Source of the DNA: an uncultured Actinomycetes bacterium
Lineage (GTDB): Bacteria; Actinomycetota; UBA4738; HRBIN12
Assembly (NCBI GenBank): GCA_963810945.1
Contig: CAWEPI010000008.1
Coordinates: forward strand, 6,645 to 70,644
DNA length: 64,000 nt
Direction: 5' to 3'
The notes beneath the pieces were generated by a model. That model was not told where the DNA came from. It saw nothing but the letters and a program-made list of their open reading frames with translations, and made no database searches. Positions within the stretch are counted from its first letter, which is position 1; each line of letters starts with the position of its first letter. Positions 41,299-51,638 of the stretch are shown piece by piece. Both the position numbers and the translations under genes were made by a program.

Positions 41299-42234
41299 AT
41301 GGCGACCGCCGAGCACGACGGCGCGATCACGAGCGGGTCCGCCCTCACGCGGTTCATCGCCACGACGGGGCTCGCCGGGCTGGCGACGGGCATCCTCGTC
41401 GGGGGCATCGGATCCCGGGTCTTCATGCGCGTCGCGGCGGCCGCCGCTGCCGACGCCGCCCAGGGAGCGGTCACCGAGGCCGACGCGATCGTCGGCCGGA
41501 TCACGTTCGACGGGACGATGGCGATCGTGGTGTTCGTCGGCATCGGCGCGGGGATCATGGGCGCCATCCTCTATGCGATCTTCCGGCCCTGGCTCGGATG
41601 GGCCGGACGCCTCAGGGGCCTCGCCTTCGGCGTGGTGGTCTTCGCGGTGGCGAGCGCCACGTCGGACGTGCTCAACCCCGACAACTTCGACTTCGCGCTG
41701 CTCGAGAACCGCGCGCTCATCGTCTCCCTCATCGTCGCCCTGTTCCTGGGCTTCGGCCTGGTGATGGAGGCGGTGTTCACGAGGTTCGACCGCCGCCTGC
41801 CCCCCGGCGACGCCCACCATCGGAAGGCGCGCATCGTGTACGGCGCGATCACGGGGCTGGGGGTCGCGATCGCCGTTCTCATGCTCGCGCAGCAGCTCTT
41901 CACGCGCGGACCGTGTCAGTGCGATCCCCCGATCCTCGCCTCCGCGTTCGTGCTGGTCGCGGGCGCGGGCACGCTCGCGCTGTGGGCGGGCGAGACCGCG
42001 GCGAGCGCTCCGATCGTTCGCTCGCAGCCGCGCGCCTCCTGGGGATGTCGGGCCTGGTGGGCACCTGCGTGTTCGGCCTCTGGCGTGCCGGATCCGACGC
42101 GATCGCGGTCCTCACCGGCGCTACATGACGAGCCTGCCTGTCTGACAACCGAGCCTCCAACCTCCGCGCGTCGCGCTCCGTCCCGTCCTCCGGTGAGCGC
42201 TCATAGGGGTCCCGGGATACTCCGTTGGACGTAG
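41299..42234 (+). CDS. Hypothetical multi-pass membrane protein, probable frameshift near 42020
   Basis: At least 6 TM segments; 3' reading degrades after PIVRS. Confidence 0.6.
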   Translation: MATAEHDGAITSGSALTRFIATTGLAGLATGILVGGIGSRVFMRVAAAAAADAAQGAVTEADAIVGRITFDGTMAIVVFVGIGAGIMGAILYAIFRPWLGWAGRLRGLAFGVVVFAVASATSDVLNPDNFDFALLENRALIVSLIVALFLGFGLVMEAVFTRFDRRLPPGDAHHRKARIVYGAITGLGVAIAVLMLAQQLFTRGPCQCDPPILASAFVLVAGAGTLALWAGETAASAPIVRSQPRASWGCRAWWAPACSASGVPDPTRSRSSPALHDEPACLTTEPPTSARRAPSRPPVSAHRGPGILRWT

Positions 42235-42244
42235 GACCGATACG
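42230..42244. promoter_or_regulatory. CGTA-N7-TACG palindromic site
   Basis: CGTAggaccgaTACG upstream of the secreted beta-propeller gene. Confidence 0.5.
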
Positions 42245-42331
42245 CACGACGGGTGGCGCCCTGGCCCCTCGGTCCCTCTACGGTTTGCCCTGAAACGCAC
42301 CGGCCGAGTCATGCGGAGGAAGGGGAACGAC

Positions 42332-44315
42332 GTGAGGATCTTCAAGAGTGCCGTTGCAGGCATGGTGTGCCTGCTCGCGCTTGCCGTGGGGAACATGCCG
42401 CCTGCGCAGGCTTCGCTGGCTCAGCCCAAGGTGGTGTCGGACAACCCGGCCGACACGACCCCGCAGGTCCTCATCACCGACACCTCGTATGACGTACGCG
42501 CCTTCGCGCAGGTCGGCAACACCGTCTACGCCGGTGGCCGGTTCGCGCAGGTGCAGGACCCCACCGGGACGACCACGTACGCCAGGCAGAACTTCGTCGC
42601 CTTCGACGCCCAGACGGGGGTCATCTCTCCGCTCAACCTGCAGTTCGACGGGATGGTCGGCGCCATCCAGGCGACCGCCGACGGGAGCGCGCTCTTCATC
42701 GCGGGCGCCTTCTCACATGTCAACGGCATCGTCCGCCGCGGGATCATGAAGTACGACCTGGTCAACAACCGGATCGACCCGACCTTCGCGCCGACGGGGA
42801 TGCGAACCGTGGGCGATATCAAGCTCGCCAACGGCGCCGTCATCGCGGCGGGGAACTTCCCGAAGATGCTGATGGCACTGGACCCGACGACCGGCGCGGA
42901 CACCGGCGCCATCAACATCACGGTCACCGGCGTGGTCGACCCGGCCAACGAGACCAAGATCCAGTACATCGCGGTCTCCCCCGACGGCACCCGGTTGGTG
43001 GCGACGGGCAACTTCACCACGGTCAACGGCGCGAGCCGCAGACGGGCCTTCGAGCTGAACCTCGGCGCGACCGCCACGCTCAGCACCTGGCACGCCCCTC
43101 GCTTCGACGTGAACTGCGTGGCGACCAGCAGGCTGATCAGTGCGCAGGGGGTGGACTTCTCCCCCGACGGCAGCTACTTCGTGATCGTCGCCACCGGAGG
43201 CCCGACCGGTACGAACGGGATCTGCGATGCCGCGGCACGGTTCGAAACCGCGAACGTCAGCGCCAACGCCCAGCCCACCTGGATCAACTGGACCGGCGGC
43301 GACACCCTCTACAGCGTGGCGGTCACCGGACCCGGCCGTGTACGTCGGCGGCCATCAGCGCTGGCTGGACAACCCCCTCGGTCACGACTCGGCCGGTGCC
43401 GGCGCGGTCTCCCGTCCGGGCATCGGAGCCATCGATCCGGTGACCGGCAAGGCGCTCCCCTGGAATCCCACCAAGTCCCGCAATCACGGCACCATGGTCC
43501 TCTACGCCACCCCGGCCGGGCTCTGGGTCGGCAGCGACGGCACCGAGTTCGGGCACGAACCCCACAACGGGATCGGCTTCGCCCCTCTGGATCCCGGCCC
43601 CGTGCCTGACCTCGACCGGCCCAACACGGTCATCGACTCGGGCCCGTCGGGCACCGTGACCGACACGTCGGCCACCTTCACCTTCTCGGCCTCCGAGCCC
43701 TCGACGTTCCTGTGCCGCCTCGACAGCGACGCGTACGCCCCGTGCACATCGCCGACGAGCTACACGAACCTCACGGCCGCCTCGCACACCTTCCAGGTGG
43801 CCGCCATCGACGGCTCCTATAACGAGGACTTCACCCCGGCGGTGCGAACCTGGACCGTCAGTGCCACGGCCAGCAACCTGATCGGGAACTCCGGATTCGA
43901 GGTGGACACGTCCGGCTGGAAGGGCGACAACACGGCCAACGCGGTGAACCGGGTCGCGGGTGGGAACTCGGGCAGCTGGGCCGCGGAGGTCTCGAACACC
44001 GCGGCCGGTGGAAGCTGCGGGCTCGACGACAAGCCGAGCTGGGTGAGCTTCACGCAGGCCGGTCCTTACACCTCGAGCATCTGGGCCCGCTCCGACACCG
44101 CCGGGCTCACGCTCAAGCTGCGCGTGCGCGAGTACCTGGGCGGCGTGCTCCAGGGGTCGGTCGTGAAGTCGATGGCGCTGACCACGTCCTGGCAACAGGT
44201 GACGTCGACCTACACGCCGATCTCGCCCGGATCGAGCCTCGACTTCGAGGCGTTCACGAGCAACACACCCGTCGGCGTCTGCTTCCAGGCCGACGACGCA
44301 TCCATCACCCACTAA
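42332..44315 (+). CDS. Secreted beta-propeller + Ig-like + CBM4/9-like carbohydrate-binding protein, frameshifted near 43325
   Basis: Signal peptide ...GNMPPAQA; blades VYAGGRF, LFIAGAF, VYVGGH, LWVGSD; Ig-like DTVIDSGP...YTNLTAASHTFQV; NLIGNSGFE...SWAAEV (CBM4/9-like). Confidence 0.78.
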
Positions 44316-44323
44316 GCCCGTGA

Positions 44324-44355
44324 GCCGCTCCCACCCCAGCGGGGGTGGGAGCGGC
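44324..44355. terminator. GC-rich hairpin 3' of the beta-propeller gene
   Basis: 14-bp stem GCCGCTCCCACCCC / GGGGTGGGAGCGGC. Confidence 0.55.
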
Positions 44356-44397
44356 GGGGCGGGGATGGGGCCACCTTCGTTCCGGGCGGATGCCTGA

Positions 44398-44491
44398 CTC
44401 CTACGTCTGCGGGTCCGTTCGTCATGCGAACGGCGCATGCGGGCCGCCGGGGTAGGGCGCATCCTTCCGGATAGTCGGGCAGGGCGTGCAG
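44398..44491 (-). repeat. Conserved intergenic element, copy 2
   Basis: Reverse complement matches 9017-9111 in three blocks (32-nt and 18-nt identical blocks plus ACCC-N-CAGACGT-N-GGAG). Confidence 0.85.
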
Positions 44492-44582
44492 GGATGCCGC
44501 CCGATCCTCCGGGCTCGGAGCCCCCACCGGGGTCAGGTCGTCGCCCGGGAGACGGGAGTCACGCCCTGCCCGCCCATCTTCC

Positions 44583-45455
44583 CTACAGGGGCAGCGGCGT
44601 CGCGGTGGCGGCCTCGTTCGGAGCGGTGCCCGCGAGGCCGTACCTCTGCCAGATCGCCGCGCAGAACGAGTAGTGGTCGTAGCGGTGGCCGTCCTTGGTC
44701 CCGCCTGTGATCCCGGGACCGATCTCCGCCGCGTACAGCAGTTGATGCGTGCTCTCCGTGCTCTCGTCGAACGTCACGAAGACCGTGACCGACGGGTCCG
44801 CGGCGGTGATCACGCCGACGACGTGCGCCACCCACTTGTCCGCGAGGTTGATCTGGTTCGACCCGTGGTTCGTCCCGAAGTACGCCCGGCAGTCACCATG
44901 CGAGGGATAGGTGTGCGCGTTGTCGCAGTTGTTGGGAACGATGAAGCTGAACGACGGCAGCGCCTGGAGTTGCGCATCGGACGTGAGTGGGCGGTCGTTC
45001 GCCTTGCAGGACGAGTTCGCCCGGTAGGCGTAGGCGGGGTCATGCTTGTGGTCGTAGAGCTTGTCATCGCTGCCCGGGACGACGTTCGGTGAGGGGAACA
45101 CCCCGCAGTTGCCCGCCATCGACTCCTCGAGGTTCACCCAGCGCACGCCTTGGGTGTCGAACTGGTGGAACACGTTGTTCGAGACCGGCGTCGACGGGAG
45201 CTGCTCACCGGCGACCATCGCCCGATAGTCATGGGATGAGCTCTCGAAGCCGTGGTAGTTCGTGAACTGCTTGCCCCGGGCGAGCATCGCGTTCAGGAAC
45301 GGAGCGGCGCTCTTGCCGACGACGGCGCTCCGTTCGGTGTTCTCCAAGACGATGACGGCGATCTTCGGTCGTGGCGATGTCAGCGCCTGCGCCTGGACCG
45401 GCAGCAGGCCGCTCGCCACCAAGATCGCAGCTATCAGCAACGAGAACCTTCGCAC
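44583..45455 (-). CDS. Secreted phosphoesterase-family protein (acid phosphatase / phospholipase C-like)
   Basis: Signal peptide; IAVIVLEN, YDHKHDP, LPSFSFIVPNNCDNAH, VFVTFDES, YDHYS. Confidence 0.82.
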   Translation of the reverse strand: MRRFSLLIAAILVASGLLPVQAQALTSPRPKIAVIVLENTERSAVVGKSAAPFLNAMLARGKQFTNYHGFESSSHDYRAMVAGEQLPSTPVSNNVFHQFDTQGVRWVNLEESMAGNCGVFPSPNVVPGSDDKLYDHKHDPAYAYRANSSCKANDRPLTSDAQLQALPSFSFIVPNNCDNAHTYPSHGDCRAYFGTNHGSNQINLADKWVAHVVGVITAADPSVTVFVTFDESTESTHQLLYAAEIGPGITGGTKDGHRYDHYSFCAAIWQRYGLAGTAPNEAATATPLPL

Positions 45456-45500
45456 CCGTCCCCCTCGGGGGACACCCACAGTCGACGTCACTACTCCGAG

Positions 45501-46505
45501 TCAACGCGCTCTTCCTGCGCCGAGCTGGGACATGACGGCGTCGTGGAACCGCTCGAGCTGATGGAGCTCATCGCCCACCGGCCAGATGAGGACACGTTCA
45601 GCACCAGCGGCCTCGTACCGGGCGAGCTTGTCTACGCACTCGCTTGCTGAGCCCACGAGCAACCGCTCTCGGAGCTGCTCGGGTGGGCGACCGAGCGTAG
45701 GCGCGAGCACCTCGGTCACGACAGCGTCTGCGGCCGCCGCATCCTCGGTCAGGTGCAGGAACATCGTCGCGACCGCGTTGGGGAACCCCTGCGGGTCGAT
45801 CCCCTCTCGTCGCAGATGCCCGCTCAGGCGTCGGAGGGTCTCGCCGAACGCTTCCGGCGTCGTGTTGTAGCCGGAGGCCAGCCAACCGTCGGCGAGGCGT
45901 GCCACGCGCCGCAGGCCGACATCCGACCCCCAGCTCCCCAACCAGATCGGTGGTCCGCCCGGCTGGGTTGGGGCGGGGAGCAGATGCATCCCTTCCGTCG
46001 AGTAGAACGCACCCTCGAAGGGTTCGCTCGCCGGTCGCAGGAGCGCCCGAAGCGCGTGGACGGCCTCCTCGAACCTGGGCCACCGCTCCTCCCACGCGAT
46101 CCCGACCGCCCGATAGTCTCGCTCGGAAGAGCCCGGACCGACGCCGACGACGAGTTGGCCGCCCGAGAGCCGGTCGATCGCAGCCAGCGCCTTCGCGAGC
46201 AGACCCGGACCGCGCACGACGGGGAGTGCGATCGTCGTCGCGACCGTCATGGCGCCGATCGCCGGGAGTACCGAGGAGAGCGCCACGGGGCCGTCGAGCC
46301 ACGGCCGTGCGTACACGAGGTGATCGTTCGAGGTCAGCCACGTCAGGCCGATCCGGTCCGCGAGGCGTGCGTAATCGATCAGGTCGGTGATCGAGGCGGG
46401 CTCCTCGTCGCCCCAGGTCATCAACGGGAGATGCGCACCGAACTCGATCCGAGGAACCTCCGTTCCGGGTATCGGGACTCTATCCGATGTCTCCCGCACG
46501 CTCAT
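45501..46505 (-). CDS. LLM-class flavin-dependent oxidoreductase (luciferase-like)
   Basis: WLTSNDHL, LAKALAAIDRLSGG, GVGPG, PPIWLGS, VARLADGW. Confidence 0.88.
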   Translation of the reverse strand: MSVRETSDRVPIPGTEVPRIEFGAHLPLMTWGDEEPASITDLIDYARLADRIGLTWLTSNDHLVYARPWLDGPVALSSVLPAIGAMTVATTIALPVVRGPGLLAKALAAIDRLSGGQLVVGVGPGSSERDYRAVGIAWEERWPRFEEAVHALRALLRPASEPFEGAFYSTEGMHLLPAPTQPGGPPIWLGSWGSDVGLRRVARLADGWLASGYNTTPEAFGETLRRLSGHLRREGIDPQGFPNAVATMFLHLTEDAAAADAVVTEVLAPTLGRPPEQLRERLLVGSASECVDKLARYEAAGAERVLIWPVGDELHQLERFHDAVMSQLGAGRAR

Positions 46506-46633
46506 CGCTGCCTCAGCGCGGAGGGAGGAAGAGGCAAGAGCGCACCCCTCGGCGTCGTGGCTCGCGATGGGTGTCGATCTCCTGCCCCACCTGGAAGGTC
46601 CCCTCCGGGGTGGGCCCCGGGCGGCCCCGTCGA

Positions 46634-47344
46634 CTAGATCGCTTGAAGATCGGCGACGATCACACAGCGAAGGTCCGCGAATCGAACCGAGCTGTTCACG
46701 AGCCGTTCGTACGCGATACCGACCCGGTAGGCGAGGGGGTGGAAGAACAGGTACGCGGGCTTGGGCTCGATCATCTCGAGCGCGACGACACGGAACCTCG
46801 TGCGCGCCGCCAACTTGCGGAGCGTCTTGCGGTCATTGGCCCGGTACCGCGTGGGAAAGGTGTCCTCATGGGCCCTGTCGCGCCGTTCGTTGAACCAATC
46901 ATGGAACCGAGGAGGGGTGAGGGTTGCCCCGAGCGCGACGTAGTGGAAGCGGTTAGGGGTATGGAACAGGAAGTGAGCACCGGGCTTCATCACCCGGCGG
47001 ATCTCCCTGAACGTCGCGACGGGCCGGGCGAAGTGTTCCACGACGTACTTCGAGAAGACGAGGTCGAAGGTGCGATCGGCGAACGGGATGTGACAGAGGT
47101 CGGCGACGACCGCCTCATCCAGGTTCGGGTTCCCCCAGATCCCGACGTCGACGTCGACCCCGATCACCTTCTGGACGGCCTCGCGGTAGTCGTAGGGATA
47201 CGTCACACCTCGACCCGCACCGGCATCCAGGATCACCGCGTCCCTGCGCAGGTACCGCCGGATCCTCGTGTCGAACGCGAGGTGGTCGTCGACGTGGTCC
47301 GCGTAGTACCGGGCGTCGAGCCTGCGCACGGAACTCAATCCCAT
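46634..47344 (-). CDS. Class I SAM-dependent methyltransferase
   Basis: ILDAGAGRG, IPFADRTFDLVFS, EIRRVMKPGA; alternative start at 47398. Confidence 0.85.
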   Translation of the reverse strand: MGLSSVRRLDARYYADHVDDHLAFDTRIRRYLRRDAVILDAGAGRGVTYPYDYREAVQKVIGVDVDVGIWGNPNLDEAVVADLCHIPFADRTFDLVFSKYVVEHFARPVATFREIRRVMKPGAHFLFHTPNRFHYVALGATLTPPRFHDWFNERRDRAHEDTFPTRYRANDRKTLRKLAARTRFRVVALEMIEPKPAYLFFHPLAYRVGIAYERLVNSSVRFADLRCVIVADLQAI

Positions 47345-47844
47345 CGCACCGATCACGGCTGCGGTGATGAGACCTCGGACCATCAGTGGATCCGTCACGA
47401 CGTGCCCTCTCCAAGGGCCGTGCGGGCACCGATCAGCTCGAGCCTAGTCCCGCTTCGGGGCCGAGGGAAGAGGCGTCGCGTGGCGATGCCCAGCGGGCGC
47501 CGCGCCGGATCCGCGAAGACCGCAGCTCTGGTGGGATGCGAAGCCGTGGCTGAAGCCAGCTACGAATGGCTAGAGATCCTGTCAGCCGAAAGGCGGATGC
47601 GCCCGACCAGGGCTGAGTTCATCCTTTCGGCGTCGGGCAGGACGTGCGGCATTCACCCGGTCCGCCGAGGCGCCCAACGGCGAGGGGCTCTCCGGCAGGA
47701 CGGGCGCTGGCGTCCTGCCCGCCCATGCGTCCGCCGAGCACGGGATCAAGACGGCGACTGCCGTGCGCGATGACCTTGGCCCCACTACCGTGCGATTCAC
47801 CCGAGGCGACGTGCTCGAAGCATGTTCGTGTCGCCGGACCGCTG

Positions 47845-47917
47845 AGCTGGAGCGGGGAATCGAACCCCGGACCTCCTCCTTACCATGGAGGCGCTCTGCC
47901 GACTGAGCTACTCCAGC
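47845..47917 (-). tRNA. trnT: tRNA-Thr (GGU)
   Basis: GCTGGAGTAGCTCAGTCGGCAGAGCGCCTCCATGGTAAGGAGGAGGTCCGGGGTTCGATTCCCCGCTCCAGCT; TACCAT -10 at 47932-47937. Confidence 0.96.
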
Positions 47918-48008
47918 GGGAACCGGTGAGCATGGTAGACGACCACCAGGCCACCCTGTCCGCTCGCGTCAGTCTAGCCAGAGGATCGCCCCGGCGGCGG
48001 CAGCGCCA

Positions 48009-50114
48009 TCAGCCGGTCGTGTAGACGATGTGGAGGATCGTGGCGAAGGTGCCGTCGAAGGCCTCGGCCGTGCGCCTGCCCGTGCCGGTGACGATGACCA
48101 CCATGGGATTGCCGCTGACCCAGCCGGGTCGCCCGACGATCTCCTGGACGATCGACGTGAGGTCTGGCGTCCGCTGGTCGGGGCCGTGCACCTGGATCGT
48201 GGGCCACGGCGGCGGCACCCAGGCCACGCTCGCGACCGTCCGGGGGCGCGACGAGATGTTGAACGCGGTCGAGGAGAAGGTGGCCGGCTTGTCCGCCGCC
48301 TGGCCCTGGACGAGGAGGGAGACGGCTCCCGTGGTGACCTCGTCCGTCTCGAACTGGACGTAAGCGTTGCTGATCGTGGCTCCCGGCGGGATCGGCACGC
48401 TCGCGAACCGCACGCCGACCGTCTGATCGCTCCCATCGTTCACCAGCTCGAGGTCGGAGCTCGTCTTCGAGACGCTCCCGGTCGCCGACTCCTCGGCGTC
48501 GTCGGCGCTCGCGACGACGGGGATGTCGAGCATGACCGTGCCCGCGGCGTACACGGTCACGCTGACGTCGTCGCTCGCCTGCAGGCTCGAGTCGTCGGCG
48601 GTCAGACGCAGCACGTAGTTGCCGGGATCGCTGAAGCTCGCCGTCGACGTGGGGGACGTGGGATCGGCGAACGTCGCCGTGCCCGGCCCGCTCACCTGCG
48701 ACCAGCCGGCCGTCAGGGACCCAGGCGGGTTCGGGAGCCCGTCGTCGGCGACGGATCCCTGCAACGTGGCCTCACCCGGCAGCGTCACGGCCTGGTCCGG
48801 ACCGGCGTTCGCCGTGGGCGGACGGTTCTTCTTCGCGCAGTCCACGGACCCGGAGCGAAGGTCCGCGCCATTCACATCCTGGAACGACCACCCGAGGGCG
48901 TTCGCCGACCCGCCGGCCGCCGCCCCGTTCAAGGTCAGCGCGAGGAGTCCGGCCGTCTTGCCCTTGGACCATGCGACTCGCTGGCCGCTCGAGTCGCTCA
49001 CCGCGCCGCTGAGGCTGTGGCCTCCGGACCCCGCGATCAGCTCGACCATGTGCGCATCCGCGGTCCCCGCGTTGAAGTTCGCGTCCAGCGGCTTGTACTC
49101 CCCCATGGTGTGCACGTGGCCGACGAGGACGAGATCCCCTCCGTTGTTGGCGAGCAGGCTCCACATCGGCTTCTCCCCGGACTTGACCGAGCCGTCGCTG
49201 ATCGCCGGGATGTGCCAGTAACTCACGATGCACGCCGGTGCCGCGGGATCCGTGATCGCCGCCTGCACGAACTTGTACTGCGCGCTGCTCGCCGACATCG
49301 ACGCTTCCGAGTTCAGGTCCAGGAACAGGACCCCGCCGAACGTGAACTTGGAGAACAGCGGCCGTCCGTGCCAGTAGTCGATGAACGCCGCCTGGTTGGG
49401 GCCCTCGTGGTTCCCGACGGTGGGTTGGGTCACGTCGGCGGTCTTGCCCCACAACGTGCCTCCTCCCGGCACGTCCATCGACGACGCCCCGTAGTGGTTC
49501 CGGTTCTCGGTGAAGGTCCCCGTTTCGTAGACGTCTCCGAGGAACAGGAACAGCGGCGGGTCGGTCGCGGCGAGCCGGGCCGCGACGGCGTTCGAGGTGG
49601 CCTCGCCCGAAGGACCGTCCCCCACGGCCATCACGACCGGATCGTTGGGGCCGTTCCAGGCTCCCGGGAGGTAGTTGGTCCAATCGCTCGGGGAGTGTTG
49701 GAAGTCGGTCGTGTTCCCGTTGGCGAGCGTCACCGCTACGTCGACGGGCGTGGCGGAGGTCGATCCCGCCTGCACCCGAAGGGTTCCTGACCCGTCCAGG
49801 TACTTCTGTGTGGGCCAGACGAACGAGTAGTTGTTGGTCGCCGGGTAGGGACCGGTCGCCTGGATGAGCGTCGTGGCGGCACCGCCCGATGGGATCCAGG
49901 TCGAGAACACGGCGCCCGAGTTCTTGACGTTCGTGATCGTGATCGTCGTCTCGCCCACGAACGGACCGTCGGGAACCGTCACGCACACCGTGTGACTGCC
50001 CGACGAACCACAGCGGCTGACCGCACCCTCGGCCGCGGTCGGGACGAGGATCGACGCCGCGAGCGGGATCACGAGGAGGCACGAGAGCATGACGATCCGC
50101 GCCCTGGAGGCCAT
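48009..50114 (-). CDS. Secreted calcineurin-like metallophosphoesterase with PKD-like and C-terminal beta-sandwich domains
   Basis: Signal peptide; AVGD, FLGDVY, VGNHE, YWH, GHVH; NRPPTANAGPDQ...SWSQVSGPG...GNYVLRLT (PKD-like). Confidence 0.87.
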   Translation of the reverse strand: MASRARIVMLSCLLVIPLAASILVPTAAEGAVSRCGSSGSHTVCVTVPDGPFVGETTITITNVKNSGAVFSTWIPSGGAATTLIQATGPYPATNNYSFVWPTQKYLDGSGTLRVQAGSTSATPVDVAVTLANGNTTDFQHSPSDWTNYLPGAWNGPNDPVVMAVGDGPSGEATSNAVAARLAATDPPLFLFLGDVYETGTFTENRNHYGASSMDVPGGGTLWGKTADVTQPTVGNHEGPNQAAFIDYWHGRPLFSKFTFGGVLFLDLNSEASMSASSAQYKFVQAAITDPAAPACIVSYWHIPAISDGSVKSGEKPMWSLLANNGGDLVLVGHVHTMGEYKPLDANFNAGTADAHMVELIAGSGGHSLSGAVSDSSGQRVAWSKGKTAGLLALTLNGAAAGGSANALGWSFQDVNGADLRSGSVDCAKKNRPPTANAGPDQAVTLPGEATLQGSVADDGLPNPPGSLTAGWSQVSGPGTATFADPTSPTSTASFSDPGNYVLRLTADDSSLQASDDVSVTVYAAGTVMLDIPVVASADDAEESATGSVSKTSSDLELVNDGSDQTVGVRFASVPIPPGATISNAYVQFETDEVTTGAVSLLVQGQAADKPATFSSTAFNISSRPRTVASVAWVPPPWPTIQVHGPDQRTPDLTSIVQEIVGRPGWVSGNPMVVIVTGTGRRTAEAFDGTFATILHIVYTTG

Positions 50115-50255
50115 CTAGAGACCTCGCTCCCGGTCTCGTGTTGGCGAGATGTGCACAGGCAGTCCGTCCCTCGGTCACGTGGGGAAGAGCGATCGGTCGG
50201 ATACGTCGGTACGGTGAGCCAACCTAGTCCGTGGCTCTCTCCTGTCATCGACCAT

Positions 50256-50278
50256 CCGTCGTATGTCCGCTACGACGG
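50256..50278. promoter_or_regulatory. CGTA-N7-TACG palindromic site (extended)
   Basis: CCGTCGTA-tgtccgc-TACGACGG, a perfect 8-bp inverted repeat upstream of the metallophosphoesterase. Confidence 0.6.
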
Positions 50279-50327
50279 CCACCGAGCGGCGTGCGGAGGG
50301 ATGCCACGGCCGGTCAGGCCGGGATGG

Positions 50328-51638
50328 TCACGATCCCGTGGAGGCCCGGCCCACCGGGTGATACGAGAACCCCGCCGCCTCCAGCGCGTCGGGGTCCAGC
50401 AGGTTGCGACCGTCGACCATCGCCGGCTGCATCATCACCCCTTTGAGCCTGGGGAGGTCCAGATCGCGGAACTCCGCCCACTCCGTGCACAGCACCACGC
50501 AGGCGGCGCCTTCCGCGGCCGCGTACGGGTCGGCTGCCACCGTGAGCCCCTCGAGCTCGGCCTCAGCCTTGTCGCCGGCCATGGGGTCGTAGACGACGAC
50601 ACGAGCCCCCTCCGCGAGAAGGAGCTCCGCCAGCGCGAGGGCGGGCGCCCCGCGCACGTCGTCCGTCTCGGGTTTGAACGCCACCCCGAAGAGCGCCACG
50701 GTCTTCCCCTCGATGTTCCAGACCGCCTCCTCGACCTTGCGGGCGACGGCCTTGAGCGCCTCGTCGTTGACGCGGCCGGCCTCGCGCAGCAGGCCGAAGT
50801 CGTACCCGAGGCGGCCGGCGACCCGCTCGAGGGTCACGATGTCCTTCGGCAGGCAGTACCCGCCGTACCCGATGCCGGCCCTCAGGAAGGCGGGCCCGAT
50901 CCTCGGATCCGCGCCCATGATCTCGGTGACACCGTCGACGTCGGCGCCGGCGAGCTCGGACACGCGGGCCATCGCGTTCGCGAACGAGATCTTGGAGGCG
51001 AGGAAGGCGTTCGAGGCGAGCTTGGAGAGCTCGGCGGTGCGTGGGTCGGTCCGGATCACGCGCACGCCCGCGTCGAGCATGGGCGCGTAGAGCCGCTCGA
51101 GCACGTCGAAACCCCGGGGGTCGTCGGAGCCGATCACGAGCCGGTCGGGACGCAGGGTGTCCTCGATGGCATGCCCCTCCCGCAGGAACTCGGGACTCGA
51201 GACGGCAACGAAGTCGAGCTCCGGGCGTTCCATCCGCACGACCTTCTCGATGCGGCCCGTGGTGCCGGGCGGAACGGTCGACTTCACGACGAGGATCACG
51301 CCGTTCCCGGAGGCGCGCGCGATCTCTCGTGCGGAGTCCTCGACGGCCGTGAGGCTGCGATCGCCGAGCCCCACCGGCGGGCGGCCCACACATACGAAGA
51401 CCACCTCGGTGCCCTCGAGCGCCTCCGCGATCGTGTCGGCGAAGGCGAGGTGACCGTCGGCGAGGCCTCCCCGCAGCAGCTCGTCCAGGCCGGGCTCGTA
51501 GAAGGGAGCCTCGCCTCGACGCAGCATCGCCACCTTCTCGGCGGACGCATCGGTGCCGACGACATCGTGGCCCAGCCCGGCGAGGGTCGCGCCGGTGATC
51601 AACCCGACGTGGCCCGTTCCGACGATCGCGATCCTCAT
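50328..51638 (-). CDS. ugd: UDP-glucose 6-dehydrogenase
   Basis: IVGTGHVG, VVKSTVPPG, SPEFLREG, AELSKLASNAFLA, GYGGYCLPKD, FKPETDDVR, DGRN. Confidence 0.93.
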   Translation of the reverse strand: MRIAIVGTGHVGLITGATLAGLGHDVVGTDASAEKVAMLRRGEAPFYEPGLDELLRGGLADGHLAFADTIAEALEGTEVVFVCVGRPPVGLGDRSLTAVEDSAREIARASGNGVILVVKSTVPPGTTGRIEKVVRMERPELDFVAVSSPEFLREGHAIEDTLRPDRLVIGSDDPRGFDVLERLYAPMLDAGVRVIRTDPRTAELSKLASNAFLASKISFANAMARVSELAGADVDGVTEIMGADPRIGPAFLRAGIGYGGYCLPKDIVTLERVAGRLGYDFGLLREAGRVNDEALKAVARKVEEAVWNIEGKTVALFGVAFKPETDDVRGAPALALAELLLAEGARVVVYDPMAGDKAEAELEGLTVAADPYAAAEGAACVVLCTEWAEFRDLDLPRLKGVMMQPAMVDGRNLLDPDALEAAGFSYHPVGRASTGS

